Below, piece by piece: positions 20,156-29,879 of a stretch of DNA of 64,000 bases. The number at the start of each line of letters is the position of its first letter. Within the stretch, counting starts at the first letter, position 1. Position numbers and translations under genes: made by a program. Below the pieces are notes generated by a model. That model searched no databases and was not told the origin of the DNA. It saw nothing but the letters and a program-made list of their open reading frames with translations. Location: contig QHSP01000015.1 of the NCBI GenBank assembly GCA_003220495.1, positions 196,610 to 260,609 of the forward strand. The letters run 5' to 3'. This stretch comes from Candidatus Rokuibacteriota bacterium. GTDB taxonomy: Bacteria > Methylomirabilota > Methylomirabilia > Rokubacteriales > CSP1-6.

Positions 20156-21188
20156 CGCCCTCGGCCGTCGCGCCCGCGTAGTCCTTCCGGTGGAAGTAGT
20201 TCGCGTTGTAGAACTCCAGCACCAGATCGCGGTAGACCGCGCGCGGATACCGAGGCGGATCGTCGGGGCTCGCGCACGTCGGCACGCACTCGATGGCGGC
20301 GTCGACGTTCGGGCTGTAGAAGAACGCGATCGAGTACCGGTCCTTCCCCGAATCGTTCAGCACGCCGTGCGGTGTCGACAGGAAGCGGTCGTTCGACCAG
20401 CGCTTCATGATGTTGCCGAGATTCACCAGGAAAGTCCCGGGAATCACCGGCGGCGCCATCCACTCGCCGTTCGGGAGGCGGACCGCCAGGCCCGGCACGT
20501 CCTCCCGCGCGAGCATCGTGATGAACGAGTTGTCGGTATGGGGGCCCTGCCCGAACTGCTCCTCGTCGTCGGTCTCCTGCGGCGGGTAGTGGAGGAAGCG
20601 CAGGTTGATGTGCGCCTCGTTCCGGAAGAACTGGGCGAAGTAGTCGGCCGGCATCCCGAGGGCCCGCGCCAGCACCGGCAAGAGCTGCTCGCCGAGCTTC
20701 TCGAGCGTCTTGAAGTACGTGGCCATCGCCGCCCGCATGCGCGCGTGCCCGTCCGGCCACTGGTTTCGCCCGCGCAGGGGCGTGCCGGCGACGACGTCCG
20801 GGTGGTCGGCGGACCGATCGTGGCTGATGAAGAAGCTCTCGTTGAAGTTCGGCCGGGTCGCCTTGTGGACGGTCGAGTGCCGCTGCATGCTCTCGTTCAC
20901 CGCCAGGTACCCGATGTTGTTCTCGTTGATCTTCAGGGCGCGCTTCACCTCGCTCGGCGTCGCGTGAAACTCGCGCGAGGCCGCGAAGGCGTCGTCGATC
21001 ACCGCCTGCGGCACGTCGTGGCCGGCCAGATAGAAGAAGCCGACGGTCTCACAGGCCCGCCGCACCTCGAGCGCCACGGTATCCATCGCGCCCGGCTCGC
21101 CGCGGAACGCGGGCCCGACGTCGATGAGCGGAATCGCTTTCGTGGCCGAGTCGATATCCTTGACCGCCAGCGCCTTGAAGATGTTCAT
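20139..21188 (-). CDS. 2-oxoglutarate/Fe(II)-dependent oxygenase (isopenicillin N synthase family)
   Basis: IPLIDV, GFFYL, HYPP, HTD...H triad, RYS motif. Confidence 0.9.
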   Translation of the reverse strand: MNIFKALAVKDIDSATKAIPLIDVGPAFRGEPGAMDTVALEVRRACETVGFFYLAGHDVPQAVIDDAFAASREFHATPSEVKRALKINENNIGYLAVNESMQRHSTVHKATRPNFNESFFISHDRSADHPDVVAGTPLRGRNQWPDGHARMRAAMATYFKTLEKLGEQLLPVLARALGMPADYFAQFFRNEAHINLRFLHYPPQETDDEEQFGQGPHTDNSFITMLAREDVPGLAVRLPNGEWMAPPVIPGTFLVNLGNIMKRWSNDRFLSTPHGVLNDSGKDRYSIAFFYSPNVDAAIECVPTCASPDDPPRYPRAVYRDLVLEFYNANYFHRKDYAGATAEGATRPS

Positions 21189-21259
21189 CTCTGGGCCTCC
21201 GTGCCCAATCACAGAATCCTAACCCCGCGGCGGGGCCGAGACCAGCAGCTTTTGGCGGT

Positions 21260-21289
21260 TTGACAGAGGCCCGAGGCTGTCTCTAGGGT
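21260..21289 (+). promoter_or_regulatory. Putative sigma70 promoter TTGACA-N18-TAGGGT
   Basis: Perfect -35 and TANNNT -10 upstream of the dioxygenase gene. Confidence 0.4.
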
Positions 21290-21325
21290 AGTTGTCGGAA
21301 ATCGGACCGGGGAGGCCCAAGAGGG

Positions 21326-21928
21326 ATGCGCCAGACTTCGCGCCGTGAGTTCCTGAGAGCCGCCGCCGGGCTGTCGGCGTTTGCGGCCGTCGTGCAGAGT
21401 GGAGACGCGGCCCAGACGCCACCGCTCCGGCCCACGCCGAGCTGTCCGGGCTCGGCGCCGCCGACCGAGCGCCAGACGGAGGGACCGTATTTCAAGCCCG
21501 ACTCACCCCTGCGCGCCTCGCTCCTCGAGCCGGCAATCGCCGGGACGAAGATCGTGGTGGCCGGGATGGTCCTGTCCACGACCTGCCAGCCGGTCGCGCG
21601 AGCCTTGATCGACGTCTGGCACGCGGACGATCGCGGAGGCTACGACAACACCGGCTTCCGGCTGCGCGGGCACCAGTTCACGGATGACCAGGGCCGCTAT
21701 CGGCTCGAGACGATCGTGCCGGGGATCTACGTCGGCCGGACGCGCCACTTCCACGTGAAGGTGCAGGCGCCGAGCCGGCCGGTGCTGACAACCCAGCTCT
21801 ATTTTCCCGGAGAGGCGGTCAACGCGAGGGATCCGATCTTCAGTCGTGATCTCGTGATGCAGGTGAGCGATGCCGGCAGCGGCAAGGCGGCGACGTTCGA
21901 CTTCGTGCTCGACCTCGGACGACCATGA
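21326..21928 (+). CDS. Intradiol ring-cleavage dioxygenase-like protein, Tat signal
   Basis: SRREFL, TEGPYF, DVWHAD--GGY, TIVPGIY-GRTRHFH, TTQLYF. Confidence 0.88.
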   Translation: MRQTSRREFLRAAAGLSAFAAVVQSGDAAQTPPLRPTPSCPGSAPPTERQTEGPYFKPDSPLRASLLEPAIAGTKIVVAGMVLSTTCQPVARALIDVWHADDRGGYDNTGFRLRGHQFTDDQGRYRLETIVPGIYVGRTRHFHVKVQAPSRPVLTTQLYFPGEAVNARDPIFSRDLVMQVSDAGSGKAATFDFVLDLGRP

Positions 21929-23676
21929 CCGATTTCGTGAGCGAAGTCCGTGACGGGATGCGCATCGACTGGGACGTCCCCATCCGCGTGGACGACGGCC
22001 TCGTCCTGCGCGCCGACGTGTTTCGTCCGCTCGCTGACGGCAAGCATCCGGTCATCCTGACCTACGGCCCGTACGGGAAGTGGCTCCACTTCGAGGATCT
22101 CTACACGGACCAGTGGCGCCGGATGGTCGAGCAGCATCCCGACGTGCCCGCCGGCTCCACGAACAAGTACCAGAACTGGGAAGTGGTCGACCCGGAGAAG
22201 TGGGTGCCGGACGGCTACGTCTGCATCCGAATCGACTCGCGGGGCGCCGGGCGCTCGCCCGGCTACCTCGACATCTGGTCAGCTCGCGAGGCCCAAGACC
22301 TCTACCATTGCATCGAGTGGGCGGCCGCGCAGCCCTGGAGCAACGGCAAGATCGGGCTGAACGGCATCTCCTACTACGCGATGAATCAGTGGCAGGTCGC
22401 CGCGCTCGAGCCGCCGCACCTGGCCGCGATCTGCATCTGGGAGGGTGCGGCCGACTACTATCGCGACCTCAGCCACCACGGCGGCATCCTCTGCACCTTC
22501 GGGCGGGCGTGGTTTCCGTCGCAGGTCATCCGGGTCCAGCACGGCCGCGGCACGAAGGGATACCGGAGCCGGATGAACGGCGACTGGGTCTCCGGGCCGC
22601 CGACGATGACCGAGGAGGAGCTCGGCGGGAACCGGCGCGACTTCTACGAGGATTGCTGGAAGAATCCGCTCGCCAGCGACGACTACTGGCGCTCGCGTAT
22701 GCCCGACTGGACCAAGCTGAACGTACCGCTCTTCTCGGCGGCCAACTGGGGCGGGCAGGGTCTTCATCCGCGGGGCAACTTCGAGGGCTTCGTGCGCTCG
22801 GCGTCGAAGCAGAAGTGGCTCGAGGTGCACGGCATCGAGCACTGGACCCACTTCTACACCGACTACGGCGTCAGTCTCCAGAAGCGGTTCTTCGGCCACT
22901 TCCTGAAGGGCGAGGACACGGGATGGAAGAAGCAGCCGAAGGTCGTGCTGCAGGTGCGCCATCCCGGTGAGAAGTTCGTCGAGCGTCACGAGAAGGAATG
23001 GCCGCTCGCGCGCACGAAGTGGACCAAGCTCTACCTGAGCCCGGCCGATCAGAGCCTGGTCCGCGCGCCCGTCAGACGCCGCGGCGCCGTCACCTACGAC
23101 GGGCTCGGCGAGGGCGTCACGTTCCTCACGCCGCCGCTGCCGCGCGAGACCGAGATCACCGGCCCCATCGCGGCGAAGCTCTTCGTCTCGTCCCAGACGG
23201 CGGACGCCGATCTCTTCCTGGTGGTCCGCGTGCTGACCCCGAATATGAAGGAAGTCGTTTTCCAGGGTGCGCTCGACCCGCACACGCCGATTGCCCAGGG
23301 ATGGCTTCGCGCCTCACACCGGAAGCTCGACCCGAAGCTCACGCTTCCGTATCGCCCCTACCACACGCACGACGAGAAGCAGCCGCTCACTCCCGGTAAG
23401 ATCTACGAGCTCGACGTCGAGGTCTGGCCCACGTCGATCGTGGTCCCGGCCGGCTACCGCATCGGCCTCACGGTGCGCGGACGCGACTACGAATATCCGG
23501 GTGGTCCGTCGACGGGGCTCGGTACGCTGGGCGCGGTCTTCACCGGCGTCGGGCCGTTCCAGCACAACGACCCGCGAGATCGGCCCGCCGAGATCTTCGG
23601 CCGGAAGGTCACGATCCACGGCGGACCCGGCCGCCAATCGTCCGTCTTGCTGCCGATCATTCCCCCCGCGCGCTGA
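21925..23676 (+). CDS. CocE/NonD family hydrolase
   Basis: LRADVFRP, DSRGAGRS, WSNGKIGLNGISYY nucleophile elbow; ATGA overlap with dioxygenase. Confidence 0.92.
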   Translation: MTDFVSEVRDGMRIDWDVPIRVDDGLVLRADVFRPLADGKHPVILTYGPYGKWLHFEDLYTDQWRRMVEQHPDVPAGSTNKYQNWEVVDPEKWVPDGYVCIRIDSRGAGRSPGYLDIWSAREAQDLYHCIEWAAAQPWSNGKIGLNGISYYAMNQWQVAALEPPHLAAICIWEGAADYYRDLSHHGGILCTFGRAWFPSQVIRVQHGRGTKGYRSRMNGDWVSGPPTMTEEELGGNRRDFYEDCWKNPLASDDYWRSRMPDWTKLNVPLFSAANWGGQGLHPRGNFEGFVRSASKQKWLEVHGIEHWTHFYTDYGVSLQKRFFGHFLKGEDTGWKKQPKVVLQVRHPGEKFVERHEKEWPLARTKWTKLYLSPADQSLVRAPVRRRGAVTYDGLGEGVTFLTPPLPRETEITGPIAAKLFVSSQTADADLFLVVRVLTPNMKEVVFQGALDPHTPIAQGWLRASHRKLDPKLTLPYRPYHTHDEKQPLTPGKIYELDVEVWPTSIVVPAGYRIGLTVRGRDYEYPGGPSTGLGTLGAVFTGVGPFQHNDPRDRPAEIFGRKVTIHGGPGRQSSVLLPIIPPAR

Positions 23677-23694
23677 GCGACAGCGCCGGTCTCC

Positions 23695-25998
23695 CTACGC
23701 GCCGTGGATGGCGCGCCAGATCTTCTCGGAAGTGAGCGGGATGTCGACGTGATGGACGCCGAAGGGCGAAAGCGCATCCACGACCGCGTTCACGATCGCC
23801 GGCGGCGCGACGCAGGCGCTGCCTTCGCCGACGCCCTTGACGCCGAGCGGATTGAGCGGCGACGGAGTCACTGTGCGATCGACCACCAGCTCGGGCATGT
23901 CGTCCGCGCGCGGGATCGCGTACTCCATGAACGTTCCCGTGAGGAGCTGGCCGTCCTCGCCGTAGACGATCCGCTCCAGCAGGGTCTGGCCAAGTCCCTG
24001 AGCGAAGCCGCCGACGATCTGTCCGTCGATGAGCAACGGGTTGATGGCGTTGCCGCAGTCGTCGACGGCGACGAAGCGCTCGAGGCGAACCTGACCCGTG
24101 TCCTTGGCCACGCGGACGACGGCCAGGCCCGCGCCGAAGCTCCAGGACGGCTGATCCTGGCGAAAGAACACGGTCGCCTCGAGGCCGGGCGTCTCGTCGG
24201 CTGGCAAGCCCATTCCGCGATAGGCGAGCTCGCCGACTCTGTCCCAGCCGACGACCTTCTCCGGCAAGCCCTTCACCTGAAAGCCGCCGCGCACGAGCTG
24301 AAGGTCTTCCGGGCTCGCCTCCAGAAGGCGCGCGGCCAGCCGCCGTCCCTTGTCCCTGACTTCGCCCGCGGCCCGGGCCAGCGCGTTTCCGCCGAGGCCT
24401 GCGCTGCGGCTGCCGAACGTTCCGATCGCCTGCGGCGCGCCGAGCGTGTCGCCGTGGCGGACGATCACGTCCTCCCAGGCGACGCCGAGCTGGTCGGCGA
24501 TGATCTGGGCGAAGGTGGTCTCGTGCCCCTGTCCGTGCGGACTCGATCCAGTGACCGCCGTGACCTTGCCGCTGCGCTCGACCCGGACGACTCCGCTCTC
24601 CCAGCCGAGCACATTCGTGGATTCCACGTAGGCCGCGACGCCGATCCCCATGATCTCGCCGCGGCGGCGCGCCGCCGACTGCTCGCGGCGGAGCTCTCGA
24701 TAGCCGGCGAGGTCGACGACGCGATCGAGGGCGCGTGCGTAGTTGCCGGAGTCGTAGGCGGGACCGAACGGCGTGCGGTGGGGAAACGCGTCGGGCGTGA
24801 TGAAGTTGCGGCGGCGGATCTCCACGGGATCCAGATTCGTCGCCCGCGCGGCCTCGTCCATGAGGCGCTCGATCAGATAGACGCCGACCGGCCTCCCCGA
24901 TCCCCGGTACGGCCCGGTCGGCGCGGTGTTCGTGTAGACCCCGAGGCTCAGGAGCTCGGCGTTCTGGATGCGGTAGGGCCCGAAGATGTGCGTTGAAGCC
25001 GACATCGGCGGAACCAGCGACAGCGAGAGCAGATGGGCCCCGAGATCGAAGACCGCCCGAGCTCTCAGGCCGACGATCTCCCCATCGGCGGTCACCGCGC
25101 CCGTGGCTTCCGTGACCGCGGCGCGTGCCTGGATGGTCGTCAAGAGATCTTCGGTCCGCGTGGACATCCAGCGAATGGGCCGCCCGAGCTCTCGCGCGAG
25201 AACCGCGGCCACGATCTCCTCGCGGTAGAGCGGTCCCTTCACGCCGAAGCCCCCGCCGACGTCCGGTGCGATCACGCGGAGCTTGTGCTCCGGGAAACCG
25301 AGCACCGCCGCGAGGTCGGCGCGAGACAGGAAAGGGTTCTGTGTCGTCAGCCAGAGCGTCAGCTCGCCGCTCCCGGCGTCGTAGCGCGCGAGGACGCCTC
25401 GGGGTTCCATCGGCGCCCCGGCGAGCCGGTTGTGGTCCAGGCGGACCTTGACGACGTGCGCGGCTCTGCCGAACGCGCCGTCGACGTCGCCGCCCTTGAG
25501 GGGCCAGCTGAAGGCCTGATTGGTCCCGAGCTCGGTGTGGGCGAGTGCGGCGCCGGGCTCGAGACCGCGCTCCGGACCCGCGATCGGCGCAAGCGGCTCG
25601 TAGTCGATCTCGATCAAGTCGGCCGCGTCGCGGGCCAGCGCGGCGGACTCGGCGACGATCGCCGCGACGGGGACGCCGGTCGAATCGACGACCGCGCCGG
25701 CGAGATAGGGACACGGCGCTTGCTTCAGCCCGGGGATCGTCGCCATGAAGGGGAGCGGCCGCAGCGGACCCAGATCAGCGGCCGTCGCCACGCGAACGAC
25801 ACCCGGCGCCTTCCGCGCCGCGTCGGTCCGGAGCGCCTTCAGCCGAGCGTGCGCGTGCGGGCTCCGGAGAAACGCGAGGTGCGCGAGCCCCGGCACCGTG
25901 ATGTCCTCGACGTACTGCCCGCGGCCCGTGATGAGCTTCGGGTCCTCGGTGCGCTTGAGCGGGCGGCCGACGTACGGCTCGCGGTCCGTTGCGCTCAT
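23695..25998 (-). CDS. Xanthine dehydrogenase/CoxL-family molybdopterin-binding subunit
   Basis: RTEDPKLITG, RSPHAHA, DVGGGFG, PYRGSGRP, HGQGHETT, KGVGE. Confidence 0.92.
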   Translation of the reverse strand: MSATDREPYVGRPLKRTEDPKLITGRGQYVEDITVPGLAHLAFLRSPHAHARLKALRTDAARKAPGVVRVATAADLGPLRPLPFMATIPGLKQAPCPYLAGAVVDSTGVPVAAIVAESAALARDAADLIEIDYEPLAPIAGPERGLEPGAALAHTELGTNQAFSWPLKGGDVDGAFGRAAHVVKVRLDHNRLAGAPMEPRGVLARYDAGSGELTLWLTTQNPFLSRADLAAVLGFPEHKLRVIAPDVGGGFGVKGPLYREEIVAAVLARELGRPIRWMSTRTEDLLTTIQARAAVTEATGAVTADGEIVGLRARAVFDLGAHLLSLSLVPPMSASTHIFGPYRIQNAELLSLGVYTNTAPTGPYRGSGRPVGVYLIERLMDEAARATNLDPVEIRRRNFITPDAFPHRTPFGPAYDSGNYARALDRVVDLAGYRELRREQSAARRRGEIMGIGVAAYVESTNVLGWESGVVRVERSGKVTAVTGSSPHGQGHETTFAQIIADQLGVAWEDVIVRHGDTLGAPQAIGTFGSRSAGLGGNALARAAGEVRDKGRRLAARLLEASPEDLQLVRGGFQVKGLPEKVVGWDRVGELAYRGMGLPADETPGLEATVFFRQDQPSWSFGAGLAVVRVAKDTGQVRLERFVAVDDCGNAINPLLIDGQIVGGFAQGLGQTLLERIVYGEDGQLLTGTFMEYAIPRADDMPELVVDRTVTPSPLNPLGVKGVGEGSACVAPPAIVNAVVDALSPFGVHHVDIPLTSEKIWRAIHGA

Positions 25999-26002
25999 CG
26001 GC

Positions 26003-26938
26003 TCATCCGGTCATCGTGTGGCTCAGCTCACCGATGCCTTCGATCGCGAGCTTCACCGTGTCGCCGGCCTTGAGGAACATTCGCCGCGGCATCCCCACGC
26101 CGGCCGGCGTCCCGGTCAAGACGAGATCGCCGGGCTGGAGGGTCACGCGCGAGGACAGCATCGCGATCTGCTCGGCCGTGTCGAAGATCATCCGGCTCGT
26201 GTTGGAGTCCTGCATCAGCGTGTCGTTGACCCAGAGCTTGAGGCCGAGCTTCTGCGGATCGGGAAGCTCGTGGGCCGGCACGATCCAGGGGCCGAGCGGG
26301 CACGAGCCGTCGAAGCACTTCTGGCTGAGCCAGTCGTAGTGGAAGGGCGACGTCGCCGGATTCTTGTCGCGCCTCATGACGTCGCGCGCCGAGAGATCGT
26401 TGGCGATCGTGTAGCCGGCCACGTGCGCGAGCGCCCGCTCTACGGGGACGTCGCGTGCGACCTTGCCCATGACCGCCGCGAGCTCGACCTCCCAGTCGAC
26501 CATCTGAGAGTAGACCGGCAGCTTGACCCGAGCGCCTGGCCCGACGACCGAGCTCTTCGACGTCTTGACGAAGTGCCAGGGTTTTTCGCCCAGCTCCTTC
26601 ATGGTCGGCCCGGGTGGCTGGCCCTGGGCCCGCGCCATCTCGGCCATGTGATCGGTGTAGTTGGCGCCCGCGCAGTAGATGGTGCCCGGATAGAGGACGG
26701 GGGCCAGCAATCGCGCGCGGCCGAGCGGGACGCCCTTGCCTCGAGCCTTCCCGGACGCGAGCCGCTTCGAGGCCTGATCGATTAGGCGCCGGGCACGAGC
26801 CCAGTCCTCGAGTATACCCAGCACGCTCGCGTGGGCCGGGACGTTCGTGACCTTCGCCGCCTCGTACACCGTGTCGCCGATCAGCACGCCGGCCCGCGGG
26901 CCTTGACCGGTTCGAAAGCTCAGGAGCTTGTAGGGCAT
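26003..26938 (-). CDS. Fumarylacetoacetate hydrolase family protein
   Basis: CAGANYTDH, DWEVEL, GYTIANDLSARD, KCFD, TGTPAGVG; AGGAGG RBS. Confidence 0.92.
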   Translation of the reverse strand: MPYKLLSFRTGQGPRAGVLIGDTVYEAAKVTNVPAHASVLGILEDWARARRLIDQASKRLASGKARGKGVPLGRARLLAPVLYPGTIYCAGANYTDHMAEMARAQGQPPGPTMKELGEKPWHFVKTSKSSVVGPGARVKLPVYSQMVDWEVELAAVMGKVARDVPVERALAHVAGYTIANDLSARDVMRRDKNPATSPFHYDWLSQKCFDGSCPLGPWIVPAHELPDPQKLGLKLWVNDTLMQDSNTSRMIFDTAEQIAMLSSRVTLQPGDLVLTGTPAGVGMPRRMFLKAGDTVKLAIEGIGELSHTMTG

Positions 26939-27031
26939 CGCGCGAATTCCTCCTTGAGCGGGAGCTTGCCGAGGGCCCGACGATACCATAGCCTCTTGCC
27001 TGCGACCGATCACCGAAGACCGGGGGATCTC

Positions 27032-27871
27032 ATGAAGCAGCTGACCAAGAACGTGTTCGTCGAGACCGAGCTCCGCGGCTCGAATCACGGCCTCGTCGCC
27101 ACCTCGGACGGCATCGTGCTGATCGACACCCCGCACAAGCCCAGCGACGCCATGCGGCTCAGGGCTGACGTCGAGCGACGCGGCCGGCTGCGCTACATCC
27201 TCAACACCGAGCCGCACGGCGACCACTGGACCGGGAACGCGTACTTCGACGCGCCGGTCGTCGCCCACGAGGGCGTGCGTCGACGCATCCTGACGACCGA
27301 CCTGGCCGCGCACGTCGCGCGCGTCGCCTCGTTCGGGCCGGAGGAGCCGAAGCTACTCGAGGGCTACAAGCCCAACGCGCCGGTGATCACGTTCGAGAGC
27401 GAGATGAAGCTCCACGTCGGCGACCACACCTTCCGGCTGGTCCACATGCCCGGCCATACGGCCTACCAGGCGGCGGTGATCGTCGAGGAAGAAGGCGTCG
27501 TCTTCACGAGCGACAACATCTTTTGCAAGGTCCACACGTGGCTGCAGGAAGCCGATCCGGACCTGTGGCTCACGGCGCTGGAATCGCTCCGGGGCCTCCG
27601 CGAAGACACGTTCGTCCCGGGCCATGGACCGATCTGCGACAAGCGCTACCTCGACGAGCAGGGCGCGTTCATCCGCGAGTGGGTCGACTCCGTGCGCAAG
27701 AGCGTGGGGCAGGGGAAGACGAAGGAGCAGTGTCTGGCCGACCTCACGGCGATGACGGATCGCTATCCGATGGACGTCGGCCAGGACGGCATGGCGCCGA
27801 TGGTCATGAAGATGAACGTGGCCAACCTGTACGACTTCGTCACGGGCGCCGGGATCCACCGGCGCAATTGA
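27032..27871 (+). CDS. MBL-fold metallo-hydrolase
   Basis: LIDTP, TEPHGDHWTGN, PGHT, SDN, VPGHG. Confidence 0.88.
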   Translation: MKQLTKNVFVETELRGSNHGLVATSDGIVLIDTPHKPSDAMRLRADVERRGRLRYILNTEPHGDHWTGNAYFDAPVVAHEGVRRRILTTDLAAHVARVASFGPEEPKLLEGYKPNAPVITFESEMKLHVGDHTFRLVHMPGHTAYQAAVIVEEEGVVFTSDNIFCKVHTWLQEADPDLWLTALESLRGLREDTFVPGHGPICDKRYLDEQGAFIREWVDSVRKSVGQGKTKEQCLADLTAMTDRYPMDVGQDGMAPMVMKMNVANLYDFVTGAGIHRRN

Positions 27872-27899
27872 CGACGCGCCTCGACCTCGCCCGCCGCGA

Positions 27900-28049
27900 C
27901 TAGCGCGTCGCCGGCCAGCTCTGCAGCGACTCCGGGTGGCGACGTCGCTCGGTCCGACCGTCGTTGAAGAGGCCGCTGCCCCTGATCACGTGGTAGATCT
28001 CGTCGGCGCCCGGGTGGCGATGGATCGGCTTCAGGTCGACGAATTCCAG
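27900..28049 (-). pseudogene. Cupin-domain remnant
   Basis: Short frame with no ATG, encoding PIHRHPGADEIYHVIRGSG (cupin motif 1) with no motif 2. Confidence 0.5.
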
Positions 28050-28375
28050 GCGCCCTCCCTCTCAGAGGCGAACAGCTCGACGGTGCCCCGCCGGTTGTCG
28101 GTCAGCGCGAAGACCTCGTAGAACTCGATCTGCGGAGGCATCCCGTAGCGCTCGACGATGCCGTCGAGCCACGAGCCCCCGTAGAATCGCCTGGCGTCCT
28201 CGAGCGTCTCCCACTGATAGACGCCGCCGGCCCAGCCGCTCTCGCTCCAGATGAAGTGCTTGCTGATCAAGCCCTTCACCGGCTGGAACCCGGGCGCGAT
28301 CTTGTGGAAGTGCGCGCGGCACGCGTCGTAGTCGATGTGTGCTGGCAGCTTGTAGCGAACGGTGGCGGTGATCAT
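28031..28375 (-). CDS. YdhR-like putative monooxygenase (dimeric alpha-beta barrel)
   Basis: GLISKHFIW...AGGVYQWET pattern; GGAGG RBS. Confidence 0.72.
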   Translation of the reverse strand: MITATVRYKLPAHIDYDACRAHFHKIAPGFQPVKGLISKHFIWSESGWAGGVYQWETLEDARRFYGGSWLDGIVERYGMPPQIEFYEVFALTDNRRGTVELFASEREGAWNSST

Positions 28376-28490
28376 GGGGCCTCCCGTCTCCTTCAGCCGG
28401 CTCCCGAGCGTCCGGCGGCGAACCCGCCAGGCGTGGTGCATGGTAGCAAGGCCGGCCGGGAGTCGTCACGCGCGGTTTCCGGAAGGGGCG

Positions 28491-28521
28491 TTGACAGAGT
28501 GTTCGGATTAGGTCATCCTAA
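28491..28521 (+). promoter_or_regulatory. Promoter TTGACA-N17-CATCCT overlapped by operator TTAGG-tcat-CCTAA (28508-28521)
   Basis: Perfect -35; same palindrome as at 19346; upstream of iron-uptake genes. Confidence 0.72.
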
Positions 28522-28565
28522 CTCTCCCTGGATTGGGGCCTTAACCCGAGAGTCGGAGGGTCGCG

Positions 28566-28910
28566 ATGCGCAGAAGGCTCACGCTCCTGATCGCCGGTCT
28601 GGTCGCGGGTGTCGTCGTGGCTGCGGGAGCGGCCTTGGCCGCGGACGCGCCCCCGGAGATCGCGGTCACCATCGACAAGGATCAGTTCCAGCCGAGCGAG
28701 ATCAAGGTGAAGGCGAACACCCCGTTCGTGCTCGTCGTCACCAACAAGAACGCCAAGGCGGCGGAGTTCGAGAGCAAGGATCTCCGTGTCGAGAAGGTCG
28801 TGCCGGCCGGCAAGACCGTCAACGTGCGCATCCGCGCGCTGAAGCCCGGCACCTACCCCTTCTTCGACGACTTCAACAAGGCGGCGGCCGGCCGCATCGT
28901 CGCCGAGTAG
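28566..28910 (+). CDS. Periplasmic cupredoxin-domain protein (EfeO/FtrB-like)
   Basis: Signal peptide, FQPSEIKV, AEFES, LKPGTYPFFDDF; adjacent to FTR1. Confidence 0.85.
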   Translation: MRRRLTLLIAGLVAGVVVAAGAALAADAPPEIAVTIDKDQFQPSEIKVKANTPFVLVVTNKNAKAAEFESKDLRVEKVVPAGKTVNVRIRALKPGTYPFFDDFNKAAAGRIVAE

Positions 28911-28921
28911 CCCCCAGACCG

Positions 28922-29776
28922 ATGGGCGGTACCTTCGTCATCACGCTTCGCGAGGGCTTCGAAGCCGCTCTCGTCCTCGGTATCGTCTACACGTATCTCC
29001 AGAAGATCGGCGCCGAGCGGCAGTACCGCTACGCGACCCGCGGCGGGCTTCTCGGCGTGCTCGCCAGCATCGCGCTCGGCGTGGTCGTCACCGCGCTGTC
29101 CGGCCCGCTCCTGGATCTGGGTCCCGACGTGATCTGGCTCGGCGTGATCTTCGTCGCGGTGGTCGTCCTCACGTGGCACGGGTACTGGATGCGGCAGCAC
29201 GCCCGCGCGATGAGCGGCGACGTCCAGCGGCAGATCGACGCGGCGCAAGCCACCCACCGAATGTGGATCATCGGCGTGATCGCCTTCACCGGCGTGTTTC
29301 GCGAGGGGGCCGAGACGGTGCTGTTCCTGTGGGGTCTCCTGACCCAGGCGACCTCCACGTCGGGGTGGGCGAGCGCGCTCGGAGCCGTCCTCGGGCTCCT
29401 CACGGCGGCCTCGTTCGGCTGGGCGATCTTCCGCGGCGGCCGACACGTGAGCCTACAGCGGTTCTTCGGCGTGACGTCGGTCTTCCTGCTGCTGCTGGCG
29501 GCCGGCATGTTCAGCACCGGCATCGGCCGCCTCGAGGTCATGGGATTCCTTCCGGCGACACCGACCGCATGGGACACGACGTTCGTGCTCGACGATCACG
29601 GCGTCATCGGCGGATTCCTGAATGGGCTGATCGGCTACCGCTCGCGACCCTCGACGCTCGAGGCGGGGAGCTACCTCCTTTATCTGCTCGTTGCGGGCAC
29701 CCTCGTGTTTCGCTCGGACGTCTCAAGCCCTCGGTCGCGCGCGCCGAAGGGGCGCATCCCGACTCACGTCGCCTGA
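28922..29776 (+). CDS. FTR1/EfeU family iron permease
   Basis: Two REGxE motifs (REGFE, REGAE); hydrophobic. Confidence 0.92.
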   Translation: MGGTFVITLREGFEAALVLGIVYTYLQKIGAERQYRYATRGGLLGVLASIALGVVVTALSGPLLDLGPDVIWLGVIFVAVVVLTWHGYWMRQHARAMSGDVQRQIDAAQATHRMWIIGVIAFTGVFREGAETVLFLWGLLTQATSTSGWASALGAVLGLLTAASFGWAIFRGGRHVSLQRFFGVTSVFLLLLAAGMFSTGIGRLEVMGFLPATPTAWDTTFVLDDHGVIGGFLNGLIGYRSRPSTLEAGSYLLYLLVAGTLVFRSDVSSPRSRAPKGRIPTHVA

Positions 29777-29809
29777 CGAAGCCCGGGCGCACTCGCCGCG
29801 GCCGCGGCA

Positions 29810-29837
29810 TTGACTTCCCCCGACCACGCGCTACCAT
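29810..29837 (+). promoter_or_regulatory. Putative promoter TTGACT-N16-TACCAT
   Basis: Conserved with the promoter upstream of the paralogous SBP at 35181. Confidence 0.55.
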
Positions 29838-29879
29838 CCTGCGGGGAATCCTGACCTGAAGCCTCAGCGAGGAGGCACC

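Noticed and set aside
20139..21188. Isopenicillin N synthase / beta-lactam biosynthesis together with the PPTase
   Set aside because: Only the generic 2OG-Fe(II) fold is supported; no ACV synthetase or other cluster gene is in the window
28529..28546. Possible second operator ggattggggccttaaccc
   Set aside because: Degenerate, and the spacing differs from TTAGG-N4-CCTAA; not supportable
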